Positions 8,451-17,036 of a stretch of DNA of 59,712 nucleotides are shown here, piece by piece (the first letter of the stretch is position 1; the number at the start of each line of letters is the position of its first letter). A program made the position numbers and the translations under genes. This DNA is from Chloroflexota bacterium (GTDB taxonomy: Bacteria; Chloroflexota; Anaerolineae; Aggregatilineales; Phototrophicaceae): positions 1 to 59,712 of the forward strand of contig JBCBMS010000017.1 of the NCBI GenBank assembly GCA_039822165.1, read 5' to 3'. The notes under the pieces were generated by a model, which was not told the origin of the DNA, ran no database searches, and saw only the letters and a list, made by a program, of their open reading frames with translations.

Positions 8451-10310
8451 ATGACTGACCAGACCCTGCCACAGAACACATTTGACGCCCCTTATGACGA
8501 GGAAATGGAACGCGCCATTCTCGGTTCGGTGTTGATTAACCCGTCTGTTTTCCTGTCGATTGCGTCGTTCCTCCAGCCAGACGACTTTTTCATTCTGCGC
8601 CACCGTTACATCTGGGAGGCGTTCGGGCACATTTCGTTGCGTGGCGAACCGATTGAACGGCAGACCGTGCGCCGCCAGCTACAGGACATGGACTTCTATG
8701 AGGCCGTTGGCGGGGACGTGTACCTCTCCGAACTGACGAACAGCACCTCATCTGCCATCTATGCCGAACACTACGCCCAGCTTGTGGAGCGCGACGCCGT
8801 GCGCCGCCGCCTGCTCATCGCCAGCGACGAAATCCGGGGCATTGCCACCGACCGCGATAAGTCGCTGGAAGAAGTAATTGGCGATGCGGAAAGCAAACTG
8901 TTCGCCGTCAGTGAGCGCCGCACCCAGCGCGATGTGGTCTCCATGCGAGAGGCCACCAGCCGTTACTTCGAGCGGATTGAGCAGATGATGCAGAGCCAGC
9001 AGCGCGGGCTGGGCCTGCCGACCGGCTTCAAAAAGCTGGACGCGCTCCTGGGTGGGTTGCAGCGCAGTGACCTGCTCATCTTTGCCGGACGCCCCGGTAT
9101 GGGCAAGACGTCGTTTATGCTCTCGCTGGCACTCAATGCCGCACAGCAGTTCGGCGCACGGATTCTGGTTTTCTCGCTGGAAATGGGCGTGGAGCAGATG
9201 GTGCAGCGTATGGTGAGCATGGAAACGGGCATCAACATGCAGCGTTTGCGCACGGGCCAGTTCGAGCAGCACGAGCAGCGGTTACTGGTGGAAGCATTAG
9301 GCCGTCTGAGTACGCAGCGCATCTTCCTGGACGATTCGCCATCGCTGAACCCGATCCAGATGCGAACCAAATGCCAGCGCATCAAGCACGAGCATGGCCT
9401 GGACCTGGTGGTGCTGGACTACATGCAGTTGATGCACGCGCCGGGGTTCACCAACAACCGCGTCCAGGAGATCAGTTACATCAGCCGCCACATGAAAGAA
9501 CTGGCCCGCGAGATGAACGTGCCTCTGCTCAGTGCCGCGCAGCTATCTCGCGCTGTGGAACAGCGTGCAGACAAGCGCCCACAGTTGAGCGACCTGCGCG
9601 AGTCTGGCTGTTTAACCGGGGAGTCGCTGGTGTGGCTGCCAGATGCAGGCCGCTACGAGCGCATGGATGCGCTGTGTGGGCAGTCGGGCTTCCGGGTGAT
9701 GAGCCTGAACCCTGACACTTACAAACTGGAAGCCGCCACTGTAACGAATGCGTTCAGCACCGGGGTAAAGCCCGTGTTCAAGTTGCAAACCGCGCCAGGA
9801 CGCAGTGTGCGTGCCACAGCAAATCACAAATTCCTGACGATAGAGGGCTGGAAGCGTCTGGATGAACTGGTAATCGGGGAACGCATCGCAACCCCGGCGG
9901 ACAGAGCAGGCTCTGTCCCTGCACAGGCGCTCACAATGGCTGTAGGGACGCACAACGGCGCGTCCGCCATGAAAACCACCATACTGCCAACCGACGTGAC
10001 ATGGGCCGCCATTACCGCGATAGAACACGATGGCGAAGAAGCCGTCTACGATCTGACCGTACCCGCACATAGCAACTTCGTGTGCAACAACATCGTCGTT
10101 CACAACTCCATTGAGCAGGACGCCGACATTGTGATGTTCCTGTACCGCGACATTGTGTACAACGAGGCGACCGAATACCCGAACCAGGCCGATGTCATCG
10201 TCGCCAAGCACCGCAACGGCCCCACAGACGTGATCCCACTGTACTTCGACTCCACCATCACGCGCTTTATGGACGGCACGCGGCAGTCCGTGGATTTGAG
10301 CACGATGTAA
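8451..10310 (+). CDS. dnaB: replicative DNA helicase DnaB containing a mini-intein
   Basis: DnaB N-terminal domain, Walker A GRPGMGKTS, Walker B LVVLDYMQL; extein junction RESG|C...VVHN|SIEQDADIV. Confidence 0.95.
   Translation: MTDQTLPQNTFDAPYDEEMERAILGSVLINPSVFLSIASFLQPDDFFILRHRYIWEAFGHISLRGEPIERQTVRRQLQDMDFYEAVGGDVYLSELTNSTSSAIYAEHYAQLVERDAVRRRLLIASDEIRGIATDRDKSLEEVIGDAESKLFAVSERRTQRDVVSMREATSRYFERIEQMMQSQQRGLGLPTGFKKLDALLGGLQRSDLLIFAGRPGMGKTSFMLSLALNAAQQFGARILVFSLEMGVEQMVQRMVSMETGINMQRLRTGQFEQHEQRLLVEALGRLSTQRIFLDDSPSLNPIQMRTKCQRIKHEHGLDLVVLDYMQLMHAPGFTNNRVQEISYISRHMKELAREMNVPLLSAAQLSRAVEQRADKRPQLSDLRESGCLTGESLVWLPDAGRYERMDALCGQSGFRVMSLNPDTYKLEAATVTNAFSTGVKPVFKLQTAPGRSVRATANHKFLTIEGWKRLDELVIGERIATPADRAGSVPAQALTMAVGTHNGASAMKTTILPTDVTWAAITAIEHDGEEAVYDLTVPAHSNFVCNNIVVHNSIEQDADIVMFLYRDIVYNEATEYPNQADVIVAKHRNGPTDVIPLYFDSTITRFMDGTRQSVDLSTM
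9609..10106 (+). other. mini-intein (166 aa, no homing-endonuclease domain) inserted at the RESG/SIEQD site of DnaB
   Basis: Begins Cys (CLTGESLVW), contains TANHKF (block B T..H), ends VVHN followed by Ser; same insertion site as the Synechocystis DnaB mini-intein, recalled from memory and not checked here. Confidence 0.85.
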
Positions 10311-10355
10311 TCTGTATTGTCCCCGGCGCAGCGGACATTTATACTGTGGGTAGCT

Positions 10356-10428
10356 GCCCCCGTAGCTCAGTGGATAGAGCGCGGGACTCCTAAGCCCGGC
10401 GTCACAGGTTCGATTCCTGTCGGGGGCA
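10356..10428 (+). tRNA. tRNA-Arg (anticodon CCT)
   Basis: Cloverleaf by eye: acceptor GCCCCCG/CGGGGGC, D-arm GCTC-AGTGGATA-GAGC, anticodon loop CTCCTAA, T-arm ACAGG-TTCGATT-CCTGT; A31-G39 mismatch. Confidence 0.75.
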
Positions 10429-10444
10429 CACGCCACACTTCCAT

Positions 10445-10517
10445 GCATCCGTAGCTCAGTGGATAGAGCGCGGGACGCCTGAACCCGGCGTCACAGGTTC
10501 GATTCCTGTCGGGGGCA
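10445..10517 (+). tRNA. tRNA-Arg-like paralog with non-canonical anticodon loop CGCCTGA (G33, G37) and imperfect acceptor stem; possible pseudo-tRNA
   Basis: Same D/T arms as copy 1; acceptor GCATCCG vs CGGGGGC (1 mismatch + GU). Confidence 0.5.
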
Positions 10518-10530
10518 CACGCCACACTAT

Positions 10531-10603
10531 GCATCCGTAGCTCAGTGGATAGAGCGCGGGACGCCTGAACCCGGCGTCACAGGGTCGATTCCTGTCGGGG
10601 GCA
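10531..10603 (+). tRNA. tRNA-Arg-like paralog (loop CGCCTGA); possible pseudo-tRNA
   Basis: Near-identical to 10445..10517; T-arm ACAGGG-TCGATT-CCTGT. Confidence 0.5.
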
Positions 10604-10615
10604 CACACTTCGCCT

Positions 10616-10689
10616 GCACCCTGTAGCGCAGTGGATAGAGCACGGGACGCCTGAACCCGGCGTCACAGGGTCGATTCCTGTCGAGGGCA
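10616..10689 (+). tRNA. tRNA-Arg-like paralog (loop CGCCTGA), most degenerate copy; possible pseudo-tRNA
   Basis: D-stem GCGC/GAGC and acceptor with mismatches; 3' end CGAGGGCA. Confidence 0.4.
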
Positions 10690-10705
10690 AACGCCACACT
10701 TCCAT

Positions 10706-10778
10706 GCATCCGTAGCTCAGTGGATAGAGCACGGGACGCCTGAACCCGGCGTCACAGGGTCGATTCCTGTTGGGGGCA
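10706..10778 (+). tRNA. tRNA-Arg-like paralog (loop CGCCTGA); possible pseudo-tRNA
   Basis: Same unit as copies 2-3; followed by terminator. Confidence 0.5.
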
Positions 10779-10786
10779 TACACTGA

Positions 10787-10809
10787 ACCGGGTATGCTGC
10801 CCGGTTTTA
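10787..10809 (+). terminator. Rho-independent terminator closing the tRNA array
   Basis: ACCGGG-tatgctg-CCCGGT followed by TTTT. Confidence 0.75.
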
Positions 10810-10856
10810 TTGTATACTCTGGTGACCCGTTATGAACCACAGTAAGGTGATACCAC

Positions 10857-11219
10857 ATGGCCGAAATTGACTGGACGCAGTGGATGAATCAACTTGATCG
10901 ACTGCCGGAAGATGCCCACCTTTCGCGTGCGCAGATGTCTGAGGACGATGTGAAGCTAAAGCAAATGTGGACGTGTGCATTTCCAGACGGGTTGAGTCAT
11001 GCTGAAGTGCTGCAACTCATTCACCTGCTGTACAACGAATATGGGTACGGTTTCAGACCACTCGCGCATGATGTTGGTATCGTGCTCAGGGTCAACTACG
11101 TCTATGTGTTGAATGAAGTCTATGGTGTGCACGAAATTGAACCTGATCCAGAAGTACAGAATAGACTCAGGGTAAAGATGGTAGACTGTGGCTATGTCGA
11201 ATGGATGTCTGAGGAATAG
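10857..11219 (+). CDS. hypothetical protein (AT-rich islet gene 1)
   Basis: 120-aa ORF, lower GC than surroundings, no recognisable motif. Confidence 0.55.
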   Translation: MAEIDWTQWMNQLDRLPEDAHLSRAQMSEDDVKLKQMWTCAFPDGLSHAEVLQLIHLLYNEYGYGFRPLAHDVGIVLRVNYVYVLNEVYGVHEIEPDPEVQNRLRVKMVDCGYVEWMSEE

Positions 11220-11222
11220 ATC

Positions 11223-11423
11223 ATGGCTTTTGAACGAATCACAATCGACCCGGCGAAAATGGGCGGTGTGTCCTGTATACGCGGATTGCGTATACCCGTA
11301 GCAACCGTAGTAGATATGGTTGCAGCGGGGATGTCCACAGATGAGATTCTGGCAAATTTTCCTGACCTCGAACTTGAAGACATTACTGAAGCCCTGCGCT
11401 TTGCATCAGTAGTTCTCCGATAA
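11223..11423 (+). CDS. DUF433 family small protein (antitoxin-like HTH)
   Basis: 66 aa; pattern IRGLRIPV..V.......G.S.DEIL..FPDLELEDI..AL.FA matches DUF433 consensus from memory. Confidence 0.6.
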   Translation: MAFERITIDPAKMGGVSCIRGLRIPVATVVDMVAAGMSTDEILANFPDLELEDITEALRFASVVLR

Positions 11424-11444
11424 TGGTAGTTACCGCAGATCACG

Positions 11445-12101
11445 ATGCACAACATTACTGACAAGGATGACCTTGTAGCTACTATTGAGAAACTGTACGC
11501 GGTATTCAACAAATACCCCTTACGTTCATGGATATCGGGTAATACCAAACAGCGGGCAAGCAAAATACATGCCTTGCGAGCCGTAACGCTTGATGATTTG
11601 TTCGAAAATGATATAGATCACTACTATCTTGATTCGGAGACATTTCGCGGACTGTTTCCACGAATATGTGAAATGATCGCGTTTGAAGATCTACATGACT
11701 TCGAGTTGGGTTACAACTTGAGACTGTCTGTACTTTCTGAGAAGCATTCATGGGAGGATTGGCCGTCAGAGGAACAGGATGCGATCAATACCTATTTGAT
11801 GGCATTGTGGAAATACTTGCCTTCTGTAAAAACGCCAGACTTTGAGCACTTCGTTGAAGTGGCATCAGACATAAATTGCGTGGTCAGCGACCTAACGCCT
11901 TATATAAGGGTGCTTCAGGACAGATGTAGCAATGTTCTGGGTGTCAGGTATCTGGCTGCATGTGTAATTGAAGGTTCTTTTGGCAAGCGCCTATCACAAC
12001 AATCTTTTGTGCTGCCATTGCTTGAAAAAACTTACTATGAACACATTGATACCCCGATAGGTGAAGAAATGGCACGAGCAGTCAATGCCATCGAAAAGTA
12101 G
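11445..12101 (+). CDS. hypothetical protein (AT-rich islet gene 3)
   Basis: 218-aa ORF, AT-rich codon usage, no recognisable motif. Confidence 0.55.
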   Translation: MHNITDKDDLVATIEKLYAVFNKYPLRSWISGNTKQRASKIHALRAVTLDDLFENDIDHYYLDSETFRGLFPRICEMIAFEDLHDFELGYNLRLSVLSEKHSWEDWPSEEQDAINTYLMALWKYLPSVKTPDFEHFVEVASDINCVVSDLTPYIRVLQDRCSNVLGVRYLAACVIEGSFGKRLSQQSFVLPLLEKTYYEHIDTPIGEEMARAVNAIEK

Positions 12102-12138
12102 GCTTGCATTATTTATGTTTGCTCCAACTGTGAGTTGC

Positions 12139-12168
12139 TTGACAACAACCGTCGTGCTGATGTACAGT
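12139..12168 (+). promoter_or_regulatory. sigma70-like promoter (TTGACA-18-TACAGT) upstream of the sugar ABC operon
   Basis: Motif match by eye about 34 nt upstream of the 12202 start codon. Confidence 0.35.
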
Positions 12169-12201
12169 CACGTAAACGATTACATTCATTGAAATTACAC
12201 A

Positions 12202-12981
12202 ATGCAGCCACTTCTTACGGTCGATAACGTTACGAAATCATTCGGTGCGGTGCAGGCGCTCAAGGGCGTCAGCTTCGATGTGTTCCCTGGTGAGGTCATC
12301 GCTCTCGTGGGCGATAACGGGGCCGGGAAATCCACGCTCATTAAAATCATTGCCGGGGTCTACCCCCTCACCACCGGCGAAATCCGCATAGACGACGAAC
12401 CGCAAATATTCAAACGTCCGGCAGATGCCCGTGCCGCCGGAATCGAAACGGTGTACCAGCATCTCGCGCTGGTAGAGCAGCTTGACGTGGCCGATAACGT
12501 CTATCTGGGCCGCGAGGAAATGCAGGGCGGGTGGTTCGGCAATCTGCTCGGCCTGCTGGATCGCAGCCGGATGCGCGAACAGACTGCGGAAGCACTCAGC
12601 CGCCTGCACATTAAAATCCCCGCGCCCACCATGCCCGTGCGCTCCATGAGCGGGGGGCAGCGCCAGGCCGTGGCCATTGGCCGCGCCGTGACGTGGGGCC
12701 GCAAACTGCTCATCTTGGACGAGCCAACCGCCGCACTCGGGGTAGAGGAAACCGAGCAGGTTCTTGTTACAATAGAAAAGCTCCGCGACGAGCACGGCCT
12801 GACGTTCATAGTCATCAGCCACAACATGCAGGACGTGTACCGTATCGCAAACCGCATCGTGGTGCTGCGGCAGGGCCAGCATGTGGCCACGCTCACCCGT
12901 GCGGAGACATCCCCGGAGGATATTGTGGCCTACATCACCGGGGCAAAAACCGGCTCGCCAGAAAAGCTGAAGAGGACGTAA
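12202..12981 (+). CDS. sugar ABC transporter ATP-binding protein (single NBD)
   Basis: Walker A GDNGAGKST, signature SGGQRQAV, Walker B LLILDEPT; only one NBD (259 aa) whereas RbsA-type sugar ATPases usually have two. Confidence 0.85.
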   Translation: MQPLLTVDNVTKSFGAVQALKGVSFDVFPGEVIALVGDNGAGKSTLIKIIAGVYPLTTGEIRIDDEPQIFKRPADARAAGIETVYQHLALVEQLDVADNVYLGREEMQGGWFGNLLGLLDRSRMREQTAEALSRLHIKIPAPTMPVRSMSGGQRQAVAIGRAVTWGRKLLILDEPTAALGVEETEQVLVTIEKLRDEHGLTFIVISHNMQDVYRIANRIVVLRQGQHVATLTRAETSPEDIVAYITGAKTGSPEKLKRT

Positions 12982-12984
12982 CGC

Positions 12985-14025
12985 ATGGCAACCCGATCCG
13001 TAGACAATCCACCCGGCAACCCGGCGTCGCGCAACAACACGTTCACGGACTTTTTCGCGCGGTACGGCATTTTCCTCGTGCTGTTGCTCATTGTTGCGTT
13101 TCTGGCGATTCTCACGCCCATTGTGCGCGGCGAACAGTATTTCCTGCGTCCGCAAAACCTGATTAACATCACGCTCCAGGCCTCGATTAACGCAATTATC
13201 GCTGTGGGGATGACGTTCATTATCACCAGCGGCGGCATTGACCTGTCCGTGGGTAGCATCGTGGCGCTGTGCGGCGTACTGGCGGCATACACATTGCAGC
13301 TCACACAGGAGTGGGCGTTCAGTGCGTGGCTCGGCCTGGCGGTCGCGCTCGGAGCGGGTGGGTTATGCGGCCTGTTCAACGGCTGGCTGATAACGCGGTT
13401 TAATCTACCCGCATTTATTGCCACACTCGGTACGATGGGCATATTCCGGGGGCTGGCGCTCATCCTCAGCGATGGTCGCTCGATTTACGGTTTCGGCCCC
13501 GCCTTCATTGACCTGTTCGCCGGGAATTTTACCGTGCCGATCATCGGGGACTTTCCGAAAGCCGTTGTCGTTGCGCTGATAGTCGCACTTATTGGCTGGT
13601 TCCTGCTGACGAAAACGAAGTTTGGCAAATACACCATCGCTATTGGTGGCAGCGAGGAAACCTCACGTCTGGCGGGTATCCCGGTAGAGCGCTACCGCCT
13701 CGGTATTTATGCATTCGGCGGACTGCTAACGGGCGTGGCGGGGAGCCTGCTGCTGGCGCGGTTACGCTCCGGTGATCCAACGTTCGGTACGCTGTACGAA
13801 CTGGATGCGATTGCTGCCGCTGTTATCGGCGGAACCAGCCTGAGTGGTGGCGAGGGCAGTGTAACCGGAACGATCATCGGTGCGCTTATTATCAGCGTGG
13901 TGCGCAACGCGCTCAACATCCTGAATTTGCAGAGCTACTACCAGCAGCTTGTCATTGGCGCAGTCATTATCCTCGCCATCATGCTGGATCAGTGGCGCAA
14001 GGGGCAGGCCGCCAAACGTATCTGA
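12985..14025 (+). CDS. sugar ABC transporter permease (RbsC/branched-chain-type, 8-10 TM)
   Basis: 346 aa hydrophobic; GGIDLSVGS and conserved SGGEGSV motif region of monosaccharide ABC permeases. Confidence 0.8.
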   Translation: MATRSVDNPPGNPASRNNTFTDFFARYGIFLVLLLIVAFLAILTPIVRGEQYFLRPQNLINITLQASINAIIAVGMTFIITSGGIDLSVGSIVALCGVLAAYTLQLTQEWAFSAWLGLAVALGAGGLCGLFNGWLITRFNLPAFIATLGTMGIFRGLALILSDGRSIYGFGPAFIDLFAGNFTVPIIGDFPKAVVVALIVALIGWFLLTKTKFGKYTIAIGGSEETSRLAGIPVERYRLGIYAFGGLLTGVAGSLLLARLRSGDPTFGTLYELDAIAAAVIGGTSLSGGEGSVTGTIIGALIISVVRNALNILNLQSYYQQLVIGAVIILAIMLDQWRKGQAAKRI

Positions 14026-14041
14026 CATAATCGGCAACACT

Positions 14042-14066
14042 GTAGGGGCGAGGCCATGCCTCGCCC
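14042..14066. repeat. REP-like palindrome (degenerate copy) after permease gene
   Basis: gtaggggcgaggc-cat-gcctcgccc. Confidence 0.5.
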
Positions 14067-14190
14067 AACACACTAACCCGGATTCACGTCAATAGGAGGT
14101 GACCCACCACAACCACACACAAATATAGAGTCTGGCACAGGTATCCGACGCATTTTTTACCAGATTATTTTTACAGGAGACATTGATCCA

Positions 14191-16035
14191 ATGAACAAGA
14201 ACATCCTCCGTATACTGATAATTGTTTCGCTGCTTGCAGTAACCGCGTTCGCGGGTGTATCCGCCCAGGATGACACGATCAAGATCGGCGCACTGACCAA
14301 AAACCTGAGCAACGAGTTCTTCGTCGCAATGGCCAACGGCTACGAGTGGGCCGGTGAGCGTTATGACATCGAGATTGTGGTGGGCAGCACCCCGACTGAA
14401 AACGCCGCCGAAGAACAGCTTGCTATACTCGAAGGCTGGCTGACCGAAGGGGACTTCGATGGTTTTATTGTCACGCCGTTCCGCGCCACCAGCCTGAACA
14501 GTGGTCTTGCCGCCGCGACCGAAGCTGGCATCCCGATCATCAACATGGACGAGATCATCCCGGCAGACGCTGCGGCTGACAGCGGTATCGAAATCGCTGC
14601 CCGCATCTCATCCAACAACGTGCGCGGCGGCGAGTTCGCAGCGAACTATGTTGTCGCCAACGTGGATGAGGGCGCACAGGTGGCCGTGATTGAAGGCGCA
14701 CCGGGCACGACCTCCAGCATTGACCGCGTGACCGGCTTTGCGGATACCGCAACCGCCGGTGGCCTCGAAGTCGTCGCCAGCCAGCCCGCGAACTGGGATC
14801 GTGCTGAGGCGTTCAACGTCGCCACCAACATCCTCCAGTCCAACCCGGACGTGCAGGCAATTTTCGCGGCCAATGACGGGATGGGCCTGGGTGCTGTAGA
14901 AGCGATTGAAGCCGCTGGTATGGCCGATAGTGTGATCGTTGTCAGTGTGGACGCGATTCCAGAAGCACTGGCTGCTGTGGAAGAAGGCCGCCTGGCCGGT
15001 ACCGTGGCGCAGTACCCGGATGAGATGGCTGTTCTGGGTGTGGAAGCCATGCTCAAGGCCATTAATGGCCGCCCGATTGCCCCGCAGATTGAGTCCCCGG
15101 TTGTACTGATTACCGGTGAGAACCTGGACGTGGCAGGCAGCCAGCTTGGTGATGCTGCCATTGGCGAATACAAGATCGGTGGCCTGACGAAGAACCTGAG
15201 CAACGAGTTCTTCCTCGCTATGATCGAAGGGTATGAGATGGCCGCCGCTGACCTCGGCGTAGAAGTGGTGACCGGCAGCACCCCGACCGAAAACGCCGCC
15301 GAAGAACAACTTGCCGTCCTCGAAGGCTGGATCAACGAGGGCGATTTTGACGGCTACGCGGTAACACCGTTCCGTGCCACCAGCCTGAACAGCGGCCTCG
15401 CAACCGCAACTGAAAACGGTACGCCGATCATTAACCTGGACGAACTGATCCCGGCAGATGCTGCGGCTGATAGCGGCCTGAACATCGCGCAGCGCATCGC
15501 GTCCAATAACGTGCGCGGCGGCGAGTTCGCAGCCAACTACGTGCTTTCCGCCGTGGATGCTGGCGCACAGGTCGCCGTGATTGAGGGCGCACCGGGCACC
15601 ACCTCCAGTATTGACCGCGTCACCGGCTTTGCCGATACCGCCACTGCTGGTGGCCTGGACGTGGTTGCCAGCCAGCCCGCCAACTGGGATCGTGCTGAGG
15701 CGTTCAATGTGGCTACCAACATCCTCCAGTCCAACCCGGACGTACAGGCAATCTTCGCCGCCAATGACGGTATGGGCCTGGGTGCTGTAGAAGCGATTGA
15801 AGCGGCTGGTATGGCCGATAGTGTGATTGTCGTCAGTGTTGACGCGATCCCGGAAGCACTTGCCGCTGTGGAAGAAGGCCGCCTGGCCGGTACGGTTGCG
15901 CAGTTCCCGGATGAAATGGCTTACCTGGCCGTTGAGGGTATGATTAAAGTCATCGAAGGCCGCCCGGTTGCGCCGTTCATGGAATCACCCGTGATGCTCA
16001 TCACGTCCGATAACCTCGGTATGATGATGGAATAA
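14191..16035 (+). CDS. periplasmic sugar-binding protein with two tandem, near-identical type-I PBP domains
   Basis: Signal peptide; two ~299-aa repeats each starting IGALTKNLSNEFF / IGGLTKNLSNEFF and ending RP(I/V)AP..ESPV(V/M)LIT. Confidence 0.85.
   Translation: MNKNILRILIIVSLLAVTAFAGVSAQDDTIKIGALTKNLSNEFFVAMANGYEWAGERYDIEIVVGSTPTENAAEEQLAILEGWLTEGDFDGFIVTPFRATSLNSGLAAATEAGIPIINMDEIIPADAAADSGIEIAARISSNNVRGGEFAANYVVANVDEGAQVAVIEGAPGTTSSIDRVTGFADTATAGGLEVVASQPANWDRAEAFNVATNILQSNPDVQAIFAANDGMGLGAVEAIEAAGMADSVIVVSVDAIPEALAAVEEGRLAGTVAQYPDEMAVLGVEAMLKAINGRPIAPQIESPVVLITGENLDVAGSQLGDAAIGEYKIGGLTKNLSNEFFLAMIEGYEMAAADLGVEVVTGSTPTENAAEEQLAVLEGWINEGDFDGYAVTPFRATSLNSGLATATENGTPIINLDELIPADAAADSGLNIAQRIASNNVRGGEFAANYVLSAVDAGAQVAVIEGAPGTTSSIDRVTGFADTATAGGLDVVASQPANWDRAEAFNVATNILQSNPDVQAIFAANDGMGLGAVEAIEAAGMADSVIVVSVDAIPEALAAVEEGRLAGTVAQFPDEMAYLAVEGMIKVIEGRPVAPFMESPVMLITSDNLGMMME
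14263..16020 (+). repeat. ~897-bp tandem direct duplication (2 copies, estimated >85% nt identity) inside the binding-protein gene
   Basis: Repeat units begin near 14266 and 15163; protein repeats nearly identical. Confidence 0.8.
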
Positions 16036-16059
16036 CGAGCCAGCATCCACAAATTTGCG

Positions 16060-16087
16060 GTAGGGGCATGGCATGCCATGCCCCTAC
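16060..16087. repeat. REP-like perfect 28-nt palindrome GTAGGGGCATGGCATGCCATGCCCCTAC
   Basis: Perfect self-complementarity; 25 nt after stop of binding-protein gene. Confidence 0.7.
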
Positions 16088-16157
16088 AGATGAATATGGG
16101 GGACGCGCGTTGTTGTCCCCCCTTTTTGTACCTGCATAGCACACACAGGAGAACAAC

Positions 16158-17006
16158 ATGGTTAAATTTGGCGCACATGCCTTCGTCTGGATTGGCGATT
16201 GGACAACCGAAGCCGGGAACAACGCTATTGCTGAGGCTGGACGCATTGGCTTTGATTTTATCGAAATTCCGCTGCTAAAGCCGGAGACGTTCGACGCGGC
16301 CAGCCACAAACAGGCCCTCGCAGATGCTGGCATCTACGCAACATGTTCGCTGGTGCTGCCGAAGGGGAAGCACATGCCGGCGTATCCAGGGGAGGCGAAA
16401 GCGTTCTTAATTGGGGCGATGGATAAGATGGTCGAACTGGGCAGCGAGTACCTGGGCGGGTGCATCGCCTATGACCTGGGCTACCTGACCGGCAACCCCC
16501 CCACGCCTGAAGAAATCGATACCGTGGTGGAGACGCTGAAGGAAATAGTTGTGGAAGCAAAGCAGCGGGGCATCACACTCTCGCTGGAAGCGTGTAACCG
16601 TTACGAAACGTATCTGTTTAACGCACTCACCGATACGCGCGACGCGATTATGCGCGTGGAAGCAGATAACCTGAAGCTGCACGCCGACACCTATCATATG
16701 AATATTGAGGAGTTCGGCTTCTATGACCCCATTGTACAGACCGCCGATGTACTCGATTACATCCACATGAGTGAGAGCCATCGTGGGCTGGTCGGCAGTG
16801 GCACGGTCAAATGGGATGAGGTGTGGAAAGCACTCGGTGAAATCGATTTCAGTGGACACCTTGTGCTGGAATCTTTTGCCGCTATCAACGCGGATCTTGC
16901 GGCAGCCACCTGCCTGTGGCGTCCGCCCACGCAGAGTTCCGAGCAGATTGCCGTAGAAGGGTTGGAGTTCCTTAAAGACGGCGCAAAGGCGCACGGCCTG
17001 ACGTAA
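16158..17006 (+). CDS. sugar phosphate isomerase/epimerase (xylose-isomerase-like TIM barrel; ketose 3-epimerase-like)
   Basis: 282 aa; FGAHAFVW...FDFIEIPL and conserved His/Glu pattern of DTE/DPE family. Confidence 0.7.
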   Translation: MVKFGAHAFVWIGDWTTEAGNNAIAEAGRIGFDFIEIPLLKPETFDAASHKQALADAGIYATCSLVLPKGKHMPAYPGEAKAFLIGAMDKMVELGSEYLGGCIAYDLGYLTGNPPTPEEIDTVVETLKEIVVEAKQRGITLSLEACNRYETYLFNALTDTRDAIMRVEADNLKLHADTYHMNIEEFGFYDPIVQTADVLDYIHMSESHRGLVGSGTVKWDEVWKALGEIDFSGHLVLESFAAINADLAAATCLWRPPTQSSEQIAVEGLEFLKDGAKAHGLT

Positions 17007-17036
17007 CCTGCTGCCTTCCCCGGTACGGGCATGCCA

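Noticed and set aside
10350-10800. Possibility that the ~88-bp tandem repeats are a CRISPR array
   Set aside because: The units fold as tRNA cloverleaves with D- and T-arms. There is no spacer/repeat alternation and no cas genes.
12238-13463. Minus-strand ORFs (305, 177 aa) overlapping the ABC ATPase and permease genes
   Set aside because: Antisense to well-supported ABC genes; no motifs.
14608-15764. Several minus-strand ORFs within the binding-protein gene
   Set aside because: Antisense artefacts of the GC-rich tandem repeat.
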